Notes under the pieces: generated by a model
The model's database searches: none
Seen by the model: the letters and a program-made list of their open reading frames with translations, nothing else
Told to the model about the DNA's origin: nothing
Made by a program: the position numbers and the translations under genes
Assembly: GCA_051362555.1 (NCBI GenBank)
Contig: CM120641.1
Location: 36,586,401 to 36,650,400, forward strand
Reading direction: 5' to 3'
Source: Lingula anatina
Lineage: Eukaryota > Animalia > Brachiopoda
DNA length: 64,000 bases
Shown here: positions 60,701-64,000 of the stretch, one piece after another
How the letters are laid out: each line of letters starts with the position of its first letter
How positions within the stretch are numbered: position 1 is the first letter of the stretch

Positions 60701-63517
60701 CAGGGTTGCAACCCTATCTACGCTAATGATATTGATGTGGCTGTGCCTAACCTATCAGGGACAGACTCTCACTCAACCATCAAGACGGGAGAACAAGTGA
60801 TACAGACCCAGTTTAAAAGTGAAGTCAGTTTCCAGACAGCTTACAGTGGAATCTCTACCCGTAATGTGATCATGGAGGAAAGAAATGTGTACTGTGGGGC
60901 TTATAATATCATGATTCTCAGTGGACAGTAAGTATGAACGTTTTCTACAATAAATTTGATATTTCTAGCAAAAAAAAAAAAAGATGCCTGCATGACAAAG
61001 GTTTGAGTGCAAAAATGCTTATTGTAATTAAATTCATTAGACAGTGCTGATGTTTTCTGACTTGTGCTTGTGACAAATATACCCTTATTTTCTAGGAATG
61101 ATCCCCATAGAGTGATCCACACAGATGGTAGTCGACTGATAGCGATCGGATCTAAGGATCGCAAGGTTCGCTTTGTGGACAATGAAACGGGCAAGGAGAA
61201 GGGACCAGTGATATCTGGCCATGCTGGATCCATACGATGTGTGTTTCTGTGTGAGAAAGAACAGTACGTCCTTAGTGGAAGCTATGATACAAGCATAAGG
61301 TGAGTTTTTTTGGCTTAGGTACTGACTTATCCATCCCATGATAACTTTGCCATTTTAAATACTATAGATGGGGGTATTTTCATGAATAATTAAAAATTCA
61401 GAACATTCTTTTTCCCATGAGTAAAACTGAGCAATCAAATATATCCAAGAATAAGCTTAGTTATATATCAAGCAGCTCTCTTTTTTTGCTGAATTTATGA
61501 CATTATACTTGTTTCAACAATCAGTTTCTTATGTCAGGGTCACTGCTCATTGCTGAAGTCTGTAAGTAAAGTTCATTGTATAAACAGTGATAGATTGTGA
61601 TACTTAATCAAATTTTGTCTTTTTCAGATGCTGGTCTCTAGAAACAGGTGCCTGTCAAAGAATATTCCGTGGTCATCAGGACACAATCCTATGTCTGCTG
61701 GTGGTGAAGGGAAGACTGGCCTCTGGGTCCAAGGATGGATCCTGTAAAAGTATGTCTGCTTTATTAATTTGATGCTGTTTTTTTTTAAATACTTGATTAC
61801 AGTATCATTAAAGGTTGGTTTACTTTGTTGAATGTGCTTTCATACATAGAGGCCAAAATCACTTTTTTGTTTCATATTCAGTTTAAAGAATACCCTAATT
61901 TAATTATGTTTTTTTAAGTGCTTTTAAAGCATTTTGTCCAAGACCTCTTTATTAGTGGATTTTGCAGATTGGTCCCCAAGATGTTACCACTTTCATCTAA
62001 CTTGTTCTGTGAACATGCCCCCCCCAAAAAAAAAAGGAAAAAAAAGAAAGAAAGAAAAAAGAAAAAGAAAAAAAAACTGATTGAATTTCTTTGGTTTTTA
62101 GTTAAGAATTCAATTGCAGAATTTTTTAGTCATCAGTCACAGCTGTTGTGATTGCTTTCCAATAGCCTCAACAAACACAATTTGGTCACTGTCATATATT
62201 TTATCTGATCAGCAGAACCCCCCCCCCCCTCCATCTCTCTCTATATACATATAAATATATATATATATATATACATGCTTTCAAGCATTACATGTACTTA
62301 CTTAGGAGATAATTTCCTATATTTGAAGTTTATACAGATAAGCATATTTATTCCTTATAGTAACACAGACACTGAGAAAGGTAGCACTGTAGTGATTTAA
62401 ACATATGTGCATAATAATGTTATCTGGCGTTGCATAAAGGTGTGTGGCATATGATATTTGGTTGAGAAATATTTATCTCTGAGGAGCTTGTGTCCCTGCT
62501 GTGCCTATAATAGGAAATGTTTTACCTTTTACAGTCTGGATGCTGAACTCTGGGAAATGTACCAGGACATTCAAGCATCGCCACCCAGTATCTGCTGTCG
62601 CTATGTCCATTGAGGAGATAAAAGAGATCTGTATCACTGGTTGTGAGGGAGGGAAAGTCAAAATGTGGAACATTAAAACTGCTCAACTGCTTAAGGTAAG
62701 ATTAAAACTAAATGACAAGGCATACCTCAGGCAAATCAGTTGAGATAATTAATATCAAATGATAGGTATTTTTAGATCAATTTTGTCACATTTGGTTGAA
62801 GCTAGTTCACCACACCAATAACAACTATGTCACATGCTCTTCTACTGGACCACAAAATGCGGTTTAAAAAGAAAGAAGAGTTGTTTGTGATCTAAAATTT
62901 CCATCAGACTTGTAAGTGCATAGCAGAGACTGATGGAGGTTTGAAAATGAAGAAGCTGGCAGACATTCTACCTGAAGTTCAGGGTCTGTGGTTAGGTAAC
63001 TGTTTATTTCATAAAGGAAGTCTAGCTACATTGAATGTTGAGTGTTGTATAGAAAAAGGTTTATATTCCTGGAAATTTCGGTAATTTGAGCTTCTGTGAA
63101 ACCCAACTTGAAGTATACTTTTCCTATCAAGACTTGCATAATCTGTTTGTGTAAATTTTTTTCCTGTACATTTGAAGCTTAATGTTAAAGTTTTTTTACT
63201 AACCTAAGCATATTTTTCAAAAAGGAAATAGAACATCATTTTGTTTATTTCCAGATACTTCTTTTTTTTTCTTTCAATTTTTCAGTGTCAAGATGATAAT
63301 GAAACTCTATGTCTATAGTGAATTATTCTTAAAACAGCCTTTACATTAGTTATATAGCAAAACATTCATTTCCCCTGAAAATCACCAATACCAAGGCATA
63401 CCTAAGGCAAATCAGTTGAGATAATAAATATCAAATGATAGGTATTTATAGATCAATTTTATAAAAACAAGCATTGTCTCCTTTGTTTTTTTCTTTTGTT
63501 TTATTATTATTATTGTT

Positions 63518-63548
<31 letters not shown>

Positions 63549-63943
63549 TTTTTCTGTCTTGATTTTTTTTTAGCATTTCTATGCTAAAAGTGGTATTCAT
63601 CCTGCAAATTCTGATTCACAAAAAGTGTATGGACGAAGCAACTTTGGTAGGAGAGGATCCTACGGAGGACTTTTTTTTAACCATTCGAGGCCAATTTTAC
63701 TTTAGATCATGCCCTCCATACATAACGATGTTTTTGTTATGTTTAATTTGTGCACATTTTGGCAAGACCCACTTTAAGGTAACATTTTGTTTGGTTTCAG
63801 AGACTTGATGGTCACCATGGCCCTGTATCCACTATCAAGTTTGACAGATGGCACATAATAACTGGCAGCAAAGATTACTATGCACTGGCCTGGAGTGCCC
63901 AGGGGAATCACAACAGATGTCTCACTGCACTGAGACACCCAGC
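54786..63943 (+). CDS. FBXW10: F-box/WD40 protein, FBXW10/CDRT1-like (3' truncated by window); exons 54786-55356, 57215-57654, 60689-60927, 61096-61299, 61628-61749, 62535-62695, 63801-63943
   Basis: CGKCESC...STKQWF...TQKRFLLGL...KDFTYAR is the FBXW10/CDRT1 N-terminal signature. F-box KDIIRCIPVHLSKNILSMLDQTSL...VSKHW, MEERNVYCGAYN, and WD40 repeats (GHAGSIR...VLSGSYDTSIRCW, GHQDTI, GHHGPV). Junction phases consistent. Confidence 0.9.
62716..63460. repeat. 69-bp direct repeat (62716-62784, 63392-63460) flanking a ~607-bp insert
   Basis: CAAGGCATACCT.AGGCAAATCAGTTGAGATAAT.AATATCAAATGATAGGTATTT.TAGATCAATTTT twice, with 3 mismatches. Confidence 0.9.
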
Positions 63944-64000
63944 GTGAGTGGAAATAACATATATTTATGATAAAAATTATGCATTTGAAATTACAGCACA

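Overview
AT-rich, intron-rich animal genomic DNA. A lophotrochozoan, probably a mollusc, is inferred from the gene repertoire and the HINE/pearl-like elements. Hand-spliced gene models, in order: the last two exons of a probable alpha2delta/CACHD-like Cache protein (+); a patch of decayed Ginger/Gypsy/hAT debris (about 3.3-6.8 kb); ZDHHC4 palmitoyltransferase (-, 5 exons) head-to-head with a 29-coding-exon delphilin/GRID2IP formin (+; 3 PDZ, 3 harmonin-N-like domains, FH1, FH2, one U12-type intron); CPSF4 (-, 7 exons, 5 CCCH + 2 CCHC) head-to-head with SEC31 (+, 27 coding exons) across a promoter with a perfect Staf/ZNF143 motif; and the 5' part of an FBXW10/CDRT1-like F-box/WD40 gene (+, truncated by the window end). 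Introns carry a complete Helentron-type HINE with ~10 x 146-bp satellite units, Tourist-like MITEs, an inverted pair of 5-bp-TSD MITEs that brackets one exon, and an ISL2EU-like element with a nested fold-back. I found no tRNA, rRNA or CRISPR features and no clearly new biological system. The best leads are the apparent ZDHHC4-GRID2IP microsynteny, the minor intron, the DR1-rich 146-bp array, the inverted MITE pair and a duplicated FBXW10 exon. All coordinates and family assignments were read by eye, without database searches.
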